A DNA stretch of 64,000 nucleotides, taken from positions 86,118,001 to 86,182,000 of the forward strand of contig OX597818.1 of NCBI GenBank assembly GCA_951406725.2, given 5' to 3'. The notes beneath the pieces are model-generated. The model was not told the origin of the DNA. It saw nothing but the letters and a program-made list of their open reading frames with translations, and did not search any database. The DNA is from Octopus vulgaris (lineage: Eukaryota). Shown here in pieces: positions 11,024 through 24,749 of this stretch (the first letter of the stretch is position 1; each line of letters begins with the position of its first letter). The position numbers were made by a program, and so were the translations under genes.

Positions 11024-13352
11024 ATGGAGTTATTGAATATTAACGCATCTCTTAAGGACATTCCTATTCCACCTAAGAATGTTTTCCTTAAACAACTTGT
11101 CAATAAGATTAATTCATTAATCAACCGAATAAGATGGCTTACCTTTTTCTTTGACAAAAATGACACTCAACAACACACTAATGATAAAACATCTGAGTTC
11201 AACAAGTTATTTAAATCTAAAAATAGTCCGCCGCCTAACCCAAGGTTGAAGCAATTTGAAGATGATCTCTGGTCCATTGTGAGAAATGTAAAATTTCAAC
11301 GATCACCACTTAGAAATAAACATCTGAGGTATCTTCGCAACATCACCAAAGAAATCAATTCTATGGATACTATGTTGGTTCAATCTAATAAGACTGGAAA
11401 TATGTACAAACTTTATAAAGACTATTATTTGGAATGACTTAAAAAAGAAATTCAGAAAAAGTATAAAATTGCTGATAAAAGAATACTTAAGAAAGCCAAC
11501 ATTGAGGCTATGAAAATCATGGAGAAATATAACCTACAAATGAAGACAGAACCGCTTGTTCCTCAGCAACTTCGGTTCATTTTGAAGGATCACAAACCAA
11601 ATTTTTTTACTAACCCATCATTAAGGCTTATCTGCCCTTCTAGCTCTGACATCAGTATCCTTAGTAAAAATATACTAGATAAATATATTCCTAATTTAAT
11701 CAAAACATTAAAACTTAGGTTATGGACTAATTAATTTGAAGTAGTTGACTGGTTTAGGTCTATTAACAGTAAGGTGGGTACTAAGTTTATCCAGTTTGAT
11801 ATTTCCAATTTTTATTCGTCTATTAATCCAATAGTACTTAATAAGGCACTTTGGCTTGCTCATAACAAAGCTGGTCTCACCCGAGAAGAAATTAATGTTG
11901 TGTTGGCAGCCAGAAGATCTATTATTAAATTTGATGATAAGTTGTGGGTCCGTAAAGACACACCAGATAGTTTCGATATACCAATGGGAAGTTCTGATTC
12001 AGCACAGATAGCTGATTTGGTCTGTATATATATTCTTTTTGAAATGGCTGAAGAGTTCCCTAACATTTATGGAGGTCTATATCGTGATGATTGTTTACTT
12101 TACCTCCAAAATGTTTCCAACCAAAAGGTACAAAAAGTTAAGAATAGTGTAGTTAATTTTTTCAGTAGAATGGGCTTAAAAATCGTTTTTGATGACGATC
12201 TGACGAAGGCCAACTTTTTAGATATTACGCTTAATTTACACAGGGACTCTTACTTCCCATATCATAAACCGTTGACCAATCTTAAGTACATTAGCAAATT
12301 TAGTAATCATCCTGGAGCAATTACTAAGAATTTAGTTAAGAATATTTCATTTAGATTATCTAAGTTATCTGCTAATGTTGATATTTTCAATAATAACGCT
12401 GAATTCTATAACTCTGCCTTAATCAAAGCAGGTTATACAGAAAAAAATTTTCTACATTGATTCTGCTCAGTCTAATTGTAAATTCAATAATGTAGATAAG
12501 ATTTCTAGTCATAAAAGAATTATTGATAACAAACATAACTTACGCACCGATACAAAGCGAATGAAGGCAGATAACCCTTATTTAATTCCCTATTATCGAT
12601 CTAAAAGTAAATATAACACCTTCAAAAGTAATTACGCTATGAATACTAGTAAAAATATTTGGTTAATAATTCCTTACGGGAGACAAATTAAATCTAATCT
12701 CCCACTGCTGTTTCGTCAAGCTATTGCTAGGAATTTTCCAAACAATTCTAGATATTACTCTATAATTAATTCACATAAGGTTAGGATAGGTTTTTCAAAC
12801 ACAAAAAATCTCTTGCAAATTATATCTTCTCATAATAACAAACTGTTAAATATTAATACATTTACAAATACTAACATTAATTTAGCTAATACCATCCAAC
12901 CCTCTAGAAATATTAATAACAAGGTTATTGTATCTCAAGTCAATTCCAATATAATTAAATTTATGTCAAGTAACTCTAAGATTAAAAATTCTATATACCA
13001 GTGTATAATCAGTACTCGTAATAAAGTACGATTTTACATTGGAAGCACATCGTTAGAGTTATCTAAAAGAATTTCTATCCATTACTCAACATTTAGGGAT
13101 AGAAATAAACGGAATAGTACGGGTCTCAGCAAACTGATTTGGGATTTAAAAGACCACAATGAACAATTTCATTTAGAATGGTTGATCCTCTCAATTTCGA
13201 TACCATATGACAAAGGCAAGAAATTCTGTCTTCTCTGCAATTCTGAGCTATTTTTCATTATTTTTTCTAAAAATACTCTAGTAAACACGGTTATAGAGCG
13301 AGCATACAGATGTAAGCATTGGCAAAAACATACATTTAGTGCATATAAGTAG
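11024..13352 (+). pseudogene. Penelope-like RT + GIY-YIG endonuclease ORF (~775 aa reconstructed), disabled
   Basis: ORFs at 11024, 11510 and 11774 share one frame, separated by TGA (11435) and TAA (11732). One extra A in the A-run at ~12441 shifts to the 12561 frame. Motifs: LKDHKPNF, RLICP, FIQFDISNFYSSI, PMGSSDSA, GLYRDD, FLDITLNL, SNHP; SIYQC..FYIGST, CLLCNSE, RCKH. Confidence 0.93.
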
Positions 13353-13514
13353 TCTCTATCATTATATATAATTTAAACTTTAATTTCCTTTATATTTAAC
13401 ATTCACTTTTAATATCCCTACTCTTTCTGTTAGCTACTTATGACGTTATATCATATAACGTTCTTTTAAACAATATTAATAGCGTTCTGTCTATCGATAT
13501 ACAAATCCATCATT

Positions 13515-13826
13515 TTTTGCTAAAATGTCTTATTGACGAGTTTCGTTTTTTCACTTTCCCGAAGAGAAGATTGCATTGTTTATACCATTTATTCTTTGAA
13601 TAGTATCAGTGGAATTTTCGAAACATGTGTCGAAAGTAAAAATACTTGTTTACACCTGCGTTAACTCCATTTTTTATTCATATTATTCAAAATATTTAAC
13701 GTAAACACGAAGTTTCAACCTTTATAACAAGGAGTTACAACACCTTTACTTGTGAGATTTTTGCTGCCCTGGTAACTATTTATTTATTTTTCCGTGTTAA
13801 TTGTTAACAAGGTAAAAATACACTCA

Positions 13827-13831
<5 letters not shown>
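13515..13831 (+). repeat. 3' pseudo-LTR
   Basis: Direct repeat of 10651-10968, ending at (TA)n. Confidence 0.95.
13553..13637 (+). ncRNA. Hammerhead ribozyme-like motif (3' pLTR copy)
   Basis: Same motif as 10689-10774; predicted cleavage after 13631. Confidence 0.7.
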
Positions 13832-13894
<63 letters not shown>

Positions 13895-13950
13895 TATGTT
13901 GATGCAAACAGGATAAGTAGAACCCAGAATATGAGTATATGTATATTTTT

Positions 13951-14074
13951 ATTAATATGCAGTAGAACCAACAGAGTGACTCAAGGTCCGAAAGTTTCGT
14001 GCGTTGGCACTTGTCAGTTTCATAACTGCCAACGCAGGACCTTGAGTCAATCTGTTGCTTTTGCTAAATATTAA
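13951..14074. repeat. Imperfect foldback containing a degenerate hammerhead-like core
   Basis: Arms aacagagtgactcaaggtcc / ggaccttgagtcaatctgtt and tgcgttggca / tgccaacgca. Minus strand reads CTGACAA-gtgc caac gcac-GAAAC. Confidence 0.7.
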
Positions 14075-14443
14075 CACACACATGTACACACACAAAGGGT
14101 GATACAGAAAGAAAGAAAGAAAGCAATACATTGGTTATCTTATATTTTTATTCCATGAGCATCTTATGTTAAATTTCAAGTGTCATTCTTCATAATACCC
14201 CAAAGATTGGTGGCTACAGACACAAAATGTGCGTGTGTGGGGGTGTGTATAATTGTGCGCTTGTGTATTTCAATATATATAATTATACCTAACTTACAAA
14301 TGCATATTTCGAACAGTCGAAATATGCAAGTCTTTTCTGAAGTTGAAAACGTGACATTCTAATCCGAAGCATTGATATTCGTATATTTGTTAGAAACTAG
14401 CTTCTGCCTTACAGAAAGATTCCAGACAATTGAAAACAGAAGA

Positions 14444-14908
14444 CATACATACATACATACATACATACATACATACATACATACATACATACATACATAC
14501 ATACATACATACATACACACATACATACATACACACACAAACACACACACACACGTACATACATACATAATACTTAAGTACATAGATACATATATAGATA
14601 TATATACATACATGCATACATACACACATACATACATACATACACACACACATACATACATACACACACAAACACACACACACGTACATACATACATAAT
14701 ACTTAAGTACATAGATACATATATAGATATATACATACATGCATACATACATACATACATACATACATACACACATACATACACACACAAACACACACAC
14801 GTACATACATACATAATACTTAAGTACATAGATACATATATAAATATATACATACATGCATACACACATACATACATACATACATACATACATACATACA
14901 TACATACA

Positions 14909-14938
<30 letters not shown>
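14444..14938. repeat. (CATA)n array with three higher-order ~120-bp units
   Basis: cacacgtacatacatacataatacttaagtacatagatacatatata recurs three times. Confidence 0.9.
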
Positions 14939-14939
<1 letters not shown>

Positions 14940-15727
14940 GACCGCTTGCGAATTTCTGCTCCATTAGCATGTTCCCAGCATCAAAACTGTAGCAGAATAA
15001 CTCTACCACTACGTAGTTAATTGTCACAAACAACAACAGCCAATGGCGGTTTACGCTTGGAAATGGCGACAAATGACAAACAGCCTCGTGCTTTTAGTTC
15101 CTAATTTAGTGCGATGCAGTTCCTGATACAGAATTCCCTCGGCACATAACTTCCATTTCCTTTTAGAATCTATCAGGTGGTAGTGATTATCATTTTCTTC
15201 CTCTATGATTCAGGTTTTTGTTTGAAGTTTAATAAAGAATGTGGGCGAAATGTATGAACAGTATCCAGTTTTATTTAAACTCTATGTAATAATGTTCTTA
15301 TGTGTTTTGCTATTTTTTTCACCTGTTGTTTCGTTTCGATGTTTGTAATTTGTTGGCCATGGCGTTTACAACACACACATGTGCTTGTATGTGTGCGAAT
15401 ATCTATGTATGTGTATATGTGTGAAGGTATGTATGTATGTTCGCTTGTATGTATGTATTAGGTATGTATGTATGCGTGAATGCATGTAAGCTTGATTGTA
15501 TGCATGTATGCATGCATGCATGTATGTATATATGTATGTATGTATGTGTATATGTATGTATGTGTGTACATACGTACGCACGCGTGTGTATACGTATCTA
15601 TAAATACGTGAATATATGTATGCTTGAGTGTATGCATGTGTGTGAGTACGTGTCTTTGTATGTATGTTTGTGTATGTGTGTATTCGTATGCAGGTATGTA
15701 TGTATATATGCATGTATATGCGTATGA

Positions 15728-16035
15728 GAAGGCGTGTCGTTTAGTGGGTGGAGATATTCGCCCTTACGTTCGTAAGGTCATGCGTTCGAATCCCGGTAGT
15801 TATTTGTATCCTCCAGCAAAACACTTTATTTCATGTTGCTGTAGTCCATTGAATTAGCAAAACATGAGTTGCACCTTTAATTTCAAAGGGTCAGCTTTGT
15901 CACATTCTGTGTCAGGCTGAACCTCCTTGACAATTACGTTAAGGGTACGCATGTCTGTGGAGTGCTCAGTCACTTGCACGTTAATTTCATGAGCAGGCTG
16001 TTCCATTGATCGAATCAACGGGAACACTCGTCGTC
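15728..16035 (+). mobile_element. tRNA-derived SINE (family C type)
   Basis: ggcgtgtcgtttagtgg..gttcgaatccc A/B-box-like head; agcaaaacactttatttcatgttgct core shared with 18535. Confidence 0.7.
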
Positions 16036-16090
16036 GTAACTGACGGAGAACCAGGCGCATGTATGTATGTTTGTATATAGGATGTATATA

Positions 16091-16378
16091 CAGTAATACC
16101 TCACTTAACGAGGACCCGCTTTACAAGACCCGGATTTACGAGATATGTTTTATAATAAATATGAAAAGATTAAACGGCTATTTGGTATGTGACAAAGTCG
16201 CCAAATTTGGCAGCACTGGTACTGATGCATCTACACAGCAACGGAATAAAATGACGGCATAAAATTTCCTTACTACCATGGGGAATTATTGCTCTGCTTT
16301 ACGATTTTTCGCTTTACGAGTTTCAGCTTTACAAATGATCTCCGGGAACAAATTAACTCGTATATCGAGGCATTAATG
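16091..16378. mobile_element. Tigger/pogo-type MITE
   Basis: TIRs cagtaatacctc / gaggcattaatg, TA on both flanks, internal tttacga subrepeats. Confidence 0.75.
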
Positions 16379-16659
16379 TATATGTGTTGTAGTAGGCAAT
16401 CCGTCGGTCTCAAGGTGCCAAGGATCTGCGCCTGAAAAAATCGTGTCAGCTACCGATGGTGGTGCAGCGTCTGTTGTGGCTGTACAGGCCAACACGGGGG
16501 TGGCAGTTACGCATACAGCGACTGCATTGGAATGAGCTCTCAGTCGGCGCTACTGGTTGTTCATTCCGTCGTGTATATATAAAATATATATCAATCGAAG
16601 TCTCAAATCCTGCCATCCATCATCCTAGCCATATATCCATAAATCATCCCTCCCTTTCC

Positions 16660-16853
16660 TGTCCACGCCAGCAGTATTATCCAAGGGAAAGGCAAAGGCC
16701 GATACGGCTTGGCACCTATGAGGTCACATCTCATTTCTACAGCTGAATGAATTGGAGTGAATAAAGTGTCTTGCTCAAGAACAAAACACACAGCCCGGTC
16801 CGGGATTCGAACTAACAACCTCGTCGCTCTAACCACTGAGCCATGCGCCTTCA
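16660..16853 (-). mobile_element. tRNA-derived SINE (family C type)
   Basis: Minus strand gaaggcgcatggctcagtggttagagc..gttcgaatcccggaccggg; homologous to 17378-17712. Confidence 0.8.
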
Positions 16854-16994
16854 CTATACATACATACATACATAAATACATACATACATGCATACATATA
16901 TACAGACACACCCGTACATGCTTGCATGCTTTCGTATATACTTGCATACATATATACATGCATACGTACATACATACATACATATGTATATACA

Positions 16995-17235
16995 AATATC
17001 TGTAAAACTTGCCACAAGTTTATCATTTAAGTATAGATGAGCATGTCTAAATATGCAACTATATGCATGAGAAGACATACATAAAGCAAAACATACAAAT
17101 ATGCACGTATACATACATACAAAAACAGCCTGTTGAAGTTGTTGAAATTTCAATGAAGGAGCTTTGGATCTGGGTTAGAAACCGGCTCTTTCTCTACTGG
17201 CAAAAAATCTTGAAATAAAACTGAATAATGAAATA
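16995..17235 (+). mobile_element. 3' end of the (CATA)n-associated RLE LINE
   Basis: Matches 2738-2847 plus 3691-3790. Confidence 0.85.
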
Positions 17236-17285
17236 CATAAATACATGCACACATGTATACATACATACATACATACATACATACA

Positions 17286-17316
<31 letters not shown>

Positions 17317-17377
17317 GTACGTACATACATGCATACATACATACATACATACATACATACATACATACATACATACA

Positions 17378-17712
17378 TTGCGAGACCCCCTTCGGTCATG
17401 ACTGACCATAGGATTGCATCTAGGTAGTTACCCTCCCAGGCACAAGTCCGAGCAAGGTTGTTTATGGAAGACCAGCAGTCGCCCATGCATACCGGCCTTT
17501 CCACGCCACCAGTGTTATCCAAAGGAAAGGCAAAGACCGATACAGCTTGGCACCTGTGACGTCGCAATTCATTTCTACAGCTGAGTGAATTGGAACAACG
17601 TGAAATATAGTGTCTTGCTCAAGAACACAACACACAGCCCGGTCCGGGATTCGAGCTCACAACCTCACGATCGTAAACTATTCGCTCTAACCACTGAGCT
17701 ATGTGCCTTCAC
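17378..17712 (-). mobile_element. tRNA-derived SINE (family C type)
   Basis: A/B-box head plus tgtgttcttgagcaagacact core on the minus strand. Confidence 0.8.
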
Positions 17713-18534
17713 TATATACACACACATCATACATACATACATACATACATACATACATACATACATACATACATACATACATACATACATACATAAATAT
17801 ATACATACATATATACATGCAACCGTCTGGAACAAAGTATGGCTGAACTTGGCATCTTGTTGTGAGAATCTTTCATTCATACGCTACCAAAATCTTTAAG
17901 ACCTTATGATGGTTGAAACAAGATGCTTTCTTGCACAACCTTTCTACCAAATAGGTGGCCGGTCAACATTTATTCAACATGAAAAATAGAAAGAGAAGAA
18001 CATACATACATACATAAACATATGTATGGATACATAGATATATGCATACGTAGATACATACATACATACATACATACATACACATATGCATACAAACATA
18101 CTTACATAATCTGTATACATGCGCACACACTCGTACATATATAAGCAACTTCACCTAGTCTACTAGCGGAAATTCTACATATTTCCTTCTCAGTGTTCAA
18201 CATTATCTGAGATAACAGTATTTAGTATGAATTTAGTATAAAACCTCTTTTATTGTCCTGTCTCGATATGGTGCCAAAATCTCAGCTAGAGTTGCCAATG
18301 TATCCTGCCATCTCAACTTTGTCAAACTAGCCGATAGGCTAGCGTTAATTAAGTGTCTTTTACAGTTTTCTGAAGAAATTTTGGCAAACAAATTATACTA
18401 TCACCATTGAGGAATTTTCTATATAGCAGTTTGACTAATAGTAGTTAATTTTCCCTCAAAGTCCTTCCTTATCTTTTAGGGAAGAGAAGAAAATAAACAT
18501 TGAAGAATTAATTTACCCCTATATACTGCAGTGG

Positions 18535-18795
18535 TGGAGGCGCGTGGCTTAGTGGTTAGGGTGTCAGTACCATGACCGTAAGATTGTGGTTTCGATTCCT
18601 GGACCGGGCGACGCGTTGTGTTCTTGAGCAAAACACTTCATTTCACGTTGCTCCAGTCCACCCAGCTGGCAAAAATGAGTAACGCTGAGATTAGACTGGT
18701 GTCCCGTCCAGCTAACACATACGCCATTGAAACCGGGAAACCGGGCCCATGATCCTGGCTAGACTTTAAAAAGGGCGTATTCATTTTATTTTTAT
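18535..18795 (+). mobile_element. tRNA-derived SINE (family C type)
   Basis: ggaggcgcgtggcttagtggttaggg..gtttcgattcc; homologous to 30218-30450. Confidence 0.85.
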
Positions 18796-19002
18796 ATACT
18801 GCAGTGAGACCTTTCACAGCACATTAATTTCTATGTCTGTACATATATCACATATACATATGTTTACGTATATCTTTATATACGTATACATACATAAATA
18901 CACACATACACATACGTATTCATATATTTACACGCAGGCACACCTATATAAGCATACAACTAAATATTTGTAATATGCTTATATATGTGTGTCTGCATGT
19001 GC

Positions 19003-19059
<57 letters not shown>

Positions 19060-19064
<5 letters not shown>

Positions 19065-19766
19065 TGATCAATAAGTATCCGGACTGTTGTCATAGTAACG
19101 AAACTTGGGACAGATTGACCATAAAATTCTAGCCCACTTTTGCTGTTTACAGCAATGCTTGTAAGGAAGATGTGTCGTGTGTGATCATTACATTGACCAT
19201 GACAGAGAAAGTTGTGCAAAGAATCTGCGTCAAATTTTGCCAAAAGCTTGGCGATACCTGCTCAGAGACCTACACAAAGTTTTCAAAAAGCTTTTATTTT
19301 TCTCGACAGAATCAATATCTTGTACAACAGAAACCCAAATGTCCTTTTGGTCAGCTTAAAGCAGTTTTGGTATGAACCTGGTAGACAAGCGTGTCGTACC
19401 CAACTCTTCAGTGATAATGGACTGAACTGAACCGTAACTAATCTACACATGCTCTGATAACTCACGATTGGTGATTCGACGATTTCCTCTCACAGCTGCA
19501 CACATCTACGATGTTTTTCTCGGTTCTACTTGTTGCTGGTCTCCCAGGACGTTTGTCAATATCGACATTTTTTCGGCCATCTTGGAAATGTCTGAACCAC
19601 TCTTACACTTGTGTGCGGCTCTTACACTCCTTTCTATTCACTTTCTGCAACTTTGCGTAGACCTCTGAGCAGGTATCGTCATGACAACTATCTCTGTCAT
19701 GGTCAATGCGACGATCACACGCCTCACACCTTCCTTCCAAACACTGCTGTAAACAGCGGAAGTGAG
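19060..19766. mobile_element. Mariner transposon remnants in inverted arrangement
   Basis: Plus strand MTEKVVQRICVKFCQKLGDTCSETY; minus strand KWFRHFQDGRKNVDIDKRPGRPATS (mariner HTH region). About 19133-19290 is inverse to about 19640-19766. Confidence 0.85.
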
Positions 19767-19825
<59 letters not shown>

Positions 19826-19826
19826 G

Positions 19827-20186
19827 CTAGTGTCTTCTACTATAGCCTCGGGCTGACCAAAGCCTTGTGAATGAATTTGGGAGACGGAAACTGAAAGAAG
19901 CTCTTCGTGTGTGTGTGTATATATATATGTGTGTATGCATGTGTGTGTGTGTGCGTGTGTGCGTGCGTGCGTGGCTGTGTCTGTGCTTGTCCGTACTATC
20001 GCTTGACACCCGGTGTTGGTATGTTTACATCCCCGTATTGTATCGGCAAAAGAGACCGATACAATAAGTACCAGGCTTAAAAAGAAAATAAGTATTGGGG
20101 TCGTTTAGTTCGACTAAGATTCCACAGGGTAGTGTTCCAGCATGGCCGTAGTCTAATGACTGAAACAAGTTAAAGAATAAAGAATA
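19827..20186 (+). mobile_element. CORE-like SINE family B (5' truncated)
   Basis: agtgtcttctactatagcctcggg..ggaaactgaaagaag..catggcc..gactgaaacaag. Confidence 0.85.
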
Positions 20187-20666
20187 ATCTTTGAAATAAT
20201 TACATGAACATTGAGGGATAAGGCTTCAAATTCCAACGGTAAGTTTTATACCGATTATTGCACTGTGCAACACATTCCTATAATACAGGATTCAGGATAT
20301 GAGAGAGTGACAGTTTAGGAACTCTGGGAATAGATTAGGAAATTTTACTTTTCCGAACAAAGTACAAGGAATTCGGAGGGAAGCATGAAAAGAAAACCTT
20401 CTTGGAGAAAAAAGAAAAATGAAATAATTTCCAACACATTTCACAATGCATTTCAAAGAAAATGCGTTCCTCATACGCACACACATACTATCATACACAT
20501 ATATGTGTGTGTGTGTGTGTGTGTATACATATATATTATTTATGTATAAATATATATCTATGTATGTATATGTGTATGTGTGTGGTTGAGTGTGTATGTG
20601 TTTGTGTGTGTGTGTATGTGTGTGTATGTATGTGTATGTGTATATATATATATATATATGTGTGTA

Positions 20667-20703
<37 letters not shown>

Positions 20704-21030
20704 AGGGACAAAAATGGTGAGACAGGAAGACTGCTGTGTAGAAACGTATCCACGTAGTAATAATGAGATATTATTTGATGGGTTCTTCACAAAGTGTAAT
20801 AAATGGAGGAATATTCCTGTGCAGATCAATACTCGAAGTCTTTTGTATTGGAAACTTACGAAAATACGCTCACAGATATAAACTTTCACCCCAGTCCTGT
20901 TTGATATCGTATATGATAAATTTCAGCTCTATCTAATGTTTTGCGATACTCGGAAGCATAAAGAAATATCGAAAATACAACGTATACATGTATGTATGTA
21001 TGTATGTATGTATGTATGTATGTATGTATG

Positions 21031-21094
<64 letters not shown>

Positions 21095-21283
21095 CATGTA
21101 TGTGTGTGTTGTGTTTTTGTGTGTGTGCGTATGTGTGTGTTTATACACACATACATTCATATCTACACACATTTAAACACTGATATATACAGAGAAAGAG
21201 ATATGGGTAAATAATTATAAAGAATGAATGAGATATCTTGCTCTAGATATAGCTACATACAGATAGATAAAAAAGGTGGACAG

Positions 21284-21340
<57 letters not shown>

Positions 21341-21622
21341 TGATTGATTGATCGATAGATAGATAGAAAGATAGATAGATTGATAGATAGATACATACAT
21401 ACATACATACATACATACATACATACATACATACATACATACATACATACATACATACATACATACATAAATACATACATACAAACATACATGCATGCAT
21501 ACATAAGGAGAGAGATTGAGAGAAAGAAAATAAATTGACAGATACGGATAGGTAGTTACATCGATAACTAGTTAGATAGCTAAGTATGCACACACTCACA
21601 CATATAGCACAGAGATGGATGA

Positions 21623-21703
<81 letters not shown>

Positions 21704-22122
21704 AAAGTAATGATTAGGAGAGGGTGAGAATGATAATCCATAAAAGACCGGATGAAGTATTTCAATTCAGGTGACAAAGCTTACAAAAGCTCTTCATACG
21801 ACCAATTAGATGTCGTCTCCATGTTCTCAGAGAGATTTCTCATTTTTTATGGCAAAAATCCATAGAGGCAGTCATACAAGATTCGCTACTGTTCACTCAA
21901 CAATGCATTATGCACATTAAACCGAAATGTGGTATTTTGATCACGGAAAAGCGAACAATAAGCTCGTTATTTCATTTCGCCATTGCTTGCTTATATTGCC
22001 ATTGCTTACATATATATATATATATATATATATATGTTCATACATGCATATATATATAGGTATTTATGTATGTGTATGTGTACATATGTACATATATGTA
22101 TACATATGTATATATATGTATA

Positions 22123-22169
<47 letters not shown>

Positions 22170-22506
22170 AAATGTATATATCTAAAGCACGTATATTAAG
22201 TTACTCGCCCCCGGTCTATTTGCTGTGTTTCTCCTTCAAAGTAGTTGAGTGGAAATATTGGTATTTGTACAGATTGCAGCTGGTATGCTGCCAAATTTAA
22301 GCATTCAGTGTTATCTGAATTACTCAGTCATCTGATACAGACAACCAATCGCTGACGGTTGAGGCGAAAACACTGAATCCTGGGTATTATAACAAGTGAA
22401 AACAGTCTGTAGCCTAATATAAGCGTTTTCTACTGTCCTTTTTAATAATAGCAATGACGACGATGATGTTCATGATGATGATGGTGATGATGAGGATGAT
22501 GTTGAT

Positions 22507-22719
22507 CTTTTCCATTATAGGCACAAAGCCTGGAATTTCCGGGGAGAGGACTAGTCGATTACATCGACACCAGTGGTTCACTGGTATTTAATTTTATCGA
22601 TCCCGAAGGATGAAAGGCAAAGTCGACCTCAACGAAATTTCAAGTCAGGACGTAAAGATGGGACGAAACACCGCTACGCATTTCGCCCGGCGTGCTAACA
22701 ACTGTGCCATCTCACCACC

Positions 22720-22720
<1 letters not shown>
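22507..22720 (-). mobile_element. Meta-core tRNA SINE (family A)
   Basis: Minus strand gtcgactttgcctttcatccttcgg..gataaa core resembles the MetaSINE domain. Confidence 0.8.
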
Positions 22721-22777
<57 letters not shown>

Positions 22778-22778
<1 letters not shown>

Positions 22779-22978
22779 GATGGGCTAGATCAAATATTCT
22801 GCTCAATACCACAGATTTGCTTGTCAGTTATTTGACCTTAACCAGGTGGCTGACGACATGTGCATCTCTGATCACGAGCAGAAGTAGTGGGGGAGTATCA
22901 TAGCCATATGTTGAGAGGGATTCTTGGGGTTTGAATAATTTACCTCTGGAAACATGGGTGTTTCGTTCAACATCCTTA
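22778..22978 (+). mobile_element. Fragment of (TAA)n-associated non-coding repeat
   Basis: Near-identical to part of 44739-45297. Confidence 0.8.
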
Positions 22979-22981
22979 TAC

Positions 22982-23038
<57 letters not shown>

Positions 23039-23074
23039 AATACCTATAAAGTGGTTCTTTTTCCATTCATTTTA

Positions 23075-23520
23075 GTGAATGGTGCCTTGGCCAGGAGAAA
23101 CTGATGTTATCAGACGGTATCCAACGTTCAACGGGTGTTTCGACCCCAAACTGTAACACCACCCATTGATGGACAAGCAGACGTAGCTAAGTCGCTGCTC
23201 TTCATCTCCTCCTGAGCTTAACTCCTCTTTCTTGCTCCAAAACCAACTAGAGGCTCTTTCAGCTGCCTCTCCCATCATGTGCACCATTCACTCCTTACGT
23301 TTCATTCCAATGGCTACTCAGCCGGAACCCCCTACAGCCAATCACGACTGGGGAAAGCCATACCTGCCATCCCTACTCCCTTCAATCTTGCAGAAGGCTC
23401 TATTATTTGACACGCTTCCGTTATGGGCCTCATCACATCCCCTCTTCCCACGGGACTATGAGTTCAATTACAATAATTTTCTTGGTCTTTTCAGACCACA
23501 GGACCACATATACCCTCTCT
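23075..23520 (-). mobile_element. Hero/NeSL-like RLE LINE 3' fragment
   Basis: VIELIVPWEE and GEAAERASSWFWSKKEE, characteristic of the Hero-type endonuclease C-terminus. Confidence 0.75.
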
Positions 23521-24124
23521 GTCCGAAACGGTGGATTTTCCACTCAACAAACTAATTTCACTGTAATCGTTTTAATGATTTTTACTAATTAATAAACGTA
23601 AAACTTATTTCTTATATAGAGTGAATTACAAATATGTTCTGGAATGCTCAAATAAAGATTAATATTGGCGGATCACGTGAAAAGTGCGTAATTTTCAAAT
23701 AGTCTTTCCCCTAAACAGAAAAGATGTCTTTAGTAATGCACACACACACATTTAAACGTATGTTAGAAAACTAGACTACCAAGGCGATGTTACATATTAC
23801 CTTTCTAGTGTTGTTGGATATGAATTTTCTAAAAGATTTATCGCACAGACAAATATAAGATGCGCAATGATAGCCTAACATTGTAGCTTGCAGAAAAACT
23901 GAGACCACACATGCTGGCACACAGCTGAAGGTAGTCATAAACTTTGAATGTGCTTCCCCACTACCCTCAAATAGGTACCGGAAGTGTCTGAACGATGGTC
24001 TTAATTCAGCTGTATACATTGATACTCATAAATACGCCATTACTGATATTAAGATATATGCGCAAGTGCGTGAGTGTGTAAGGGAGTGAGTAAGTGCCTG
24101 AGCGCGCACATGGTAGATAGACAC

Positions 24125-24199
<75 letters not shown>

Positions 24200-24417
24200 T
24201 AATGTTTGTTCTTATGTATAGTTATATAATAAAAACAGTCCAACGCATTAAATTGAAGCATCACTCTTTTACCTTTCAGATGATTTATTTTGCTTTACAT
24301 GGAAAAGTTTGACGGTTATTTCGAAGGGGTCGACTGCATGAAATCAAAATGATAAACAGACACTTTATCATCCAATACAGATATACATACCTGCATGCAA
24401 ACTTACACACAAACGTG

Positions 24418-24495
<78 letters not shown>

Positions 24496-24687
24496 GTTTT
24501 TTTTTATTAGTGGGAACAACAAAATGTAATCCATCCAATGAGAGATAAATGTTATTTAATATATTCAGGAATTAAATGCAAGCCACGCTAAGTTTCATGC
24601 CTCTCATAATGCAACAGTCGGACGGACCTAAATAGCATGTCCTGTATCATTTGTCTGTAATTCAGGTTCAAATGCACACACATATAG

Positions 24688-24749
<62 letters not shown>

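Larger units (their letters stand above)
10508..13831 (+). mobile_element. Near full-length Penelope-like retroelement (C-terminal GIY-YIG type) with pseudo-LTRs and inverted 5' copy
   Basis: RT + GIY-YIG ORF; direct repeats 10651-10968 and 13515-13831; inverted arm 10508-10651; (TA)n on both flanks. Confidence 0.95.

Noticed and set aside
11435-11437. In-frame TGA as selenocysteine or programmed readthrough, as in Naiad PLE selenoproteins
   Set aside because: Context (YYLE*LKKEI) suits Leu (TTA to TGA), a TAA stop and a frameshift also interrupt the ORF, and no SECIS was identified. Ordinary decay is simpler.
10651-13831. LTR retrotransposon
   Set aside because: No TG..CA termini, primer-binding site, gag, protease, RNase H or integrase. 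RT + GIY-YIG indicates a Penelope-like element.
14942-15072. Signal-peptide-like exon (RHWLLLFVTINYVVVELFCYS)
   Set aside because: No ATG start, an upstream in-frame stop, a weak donor and no recognisable homology.
18535-18610. Functional tRNA genes at SINE heads
   Set aside because: A/B boxes are present but there is no full cloverleaf, and each head continues into a SINE body.
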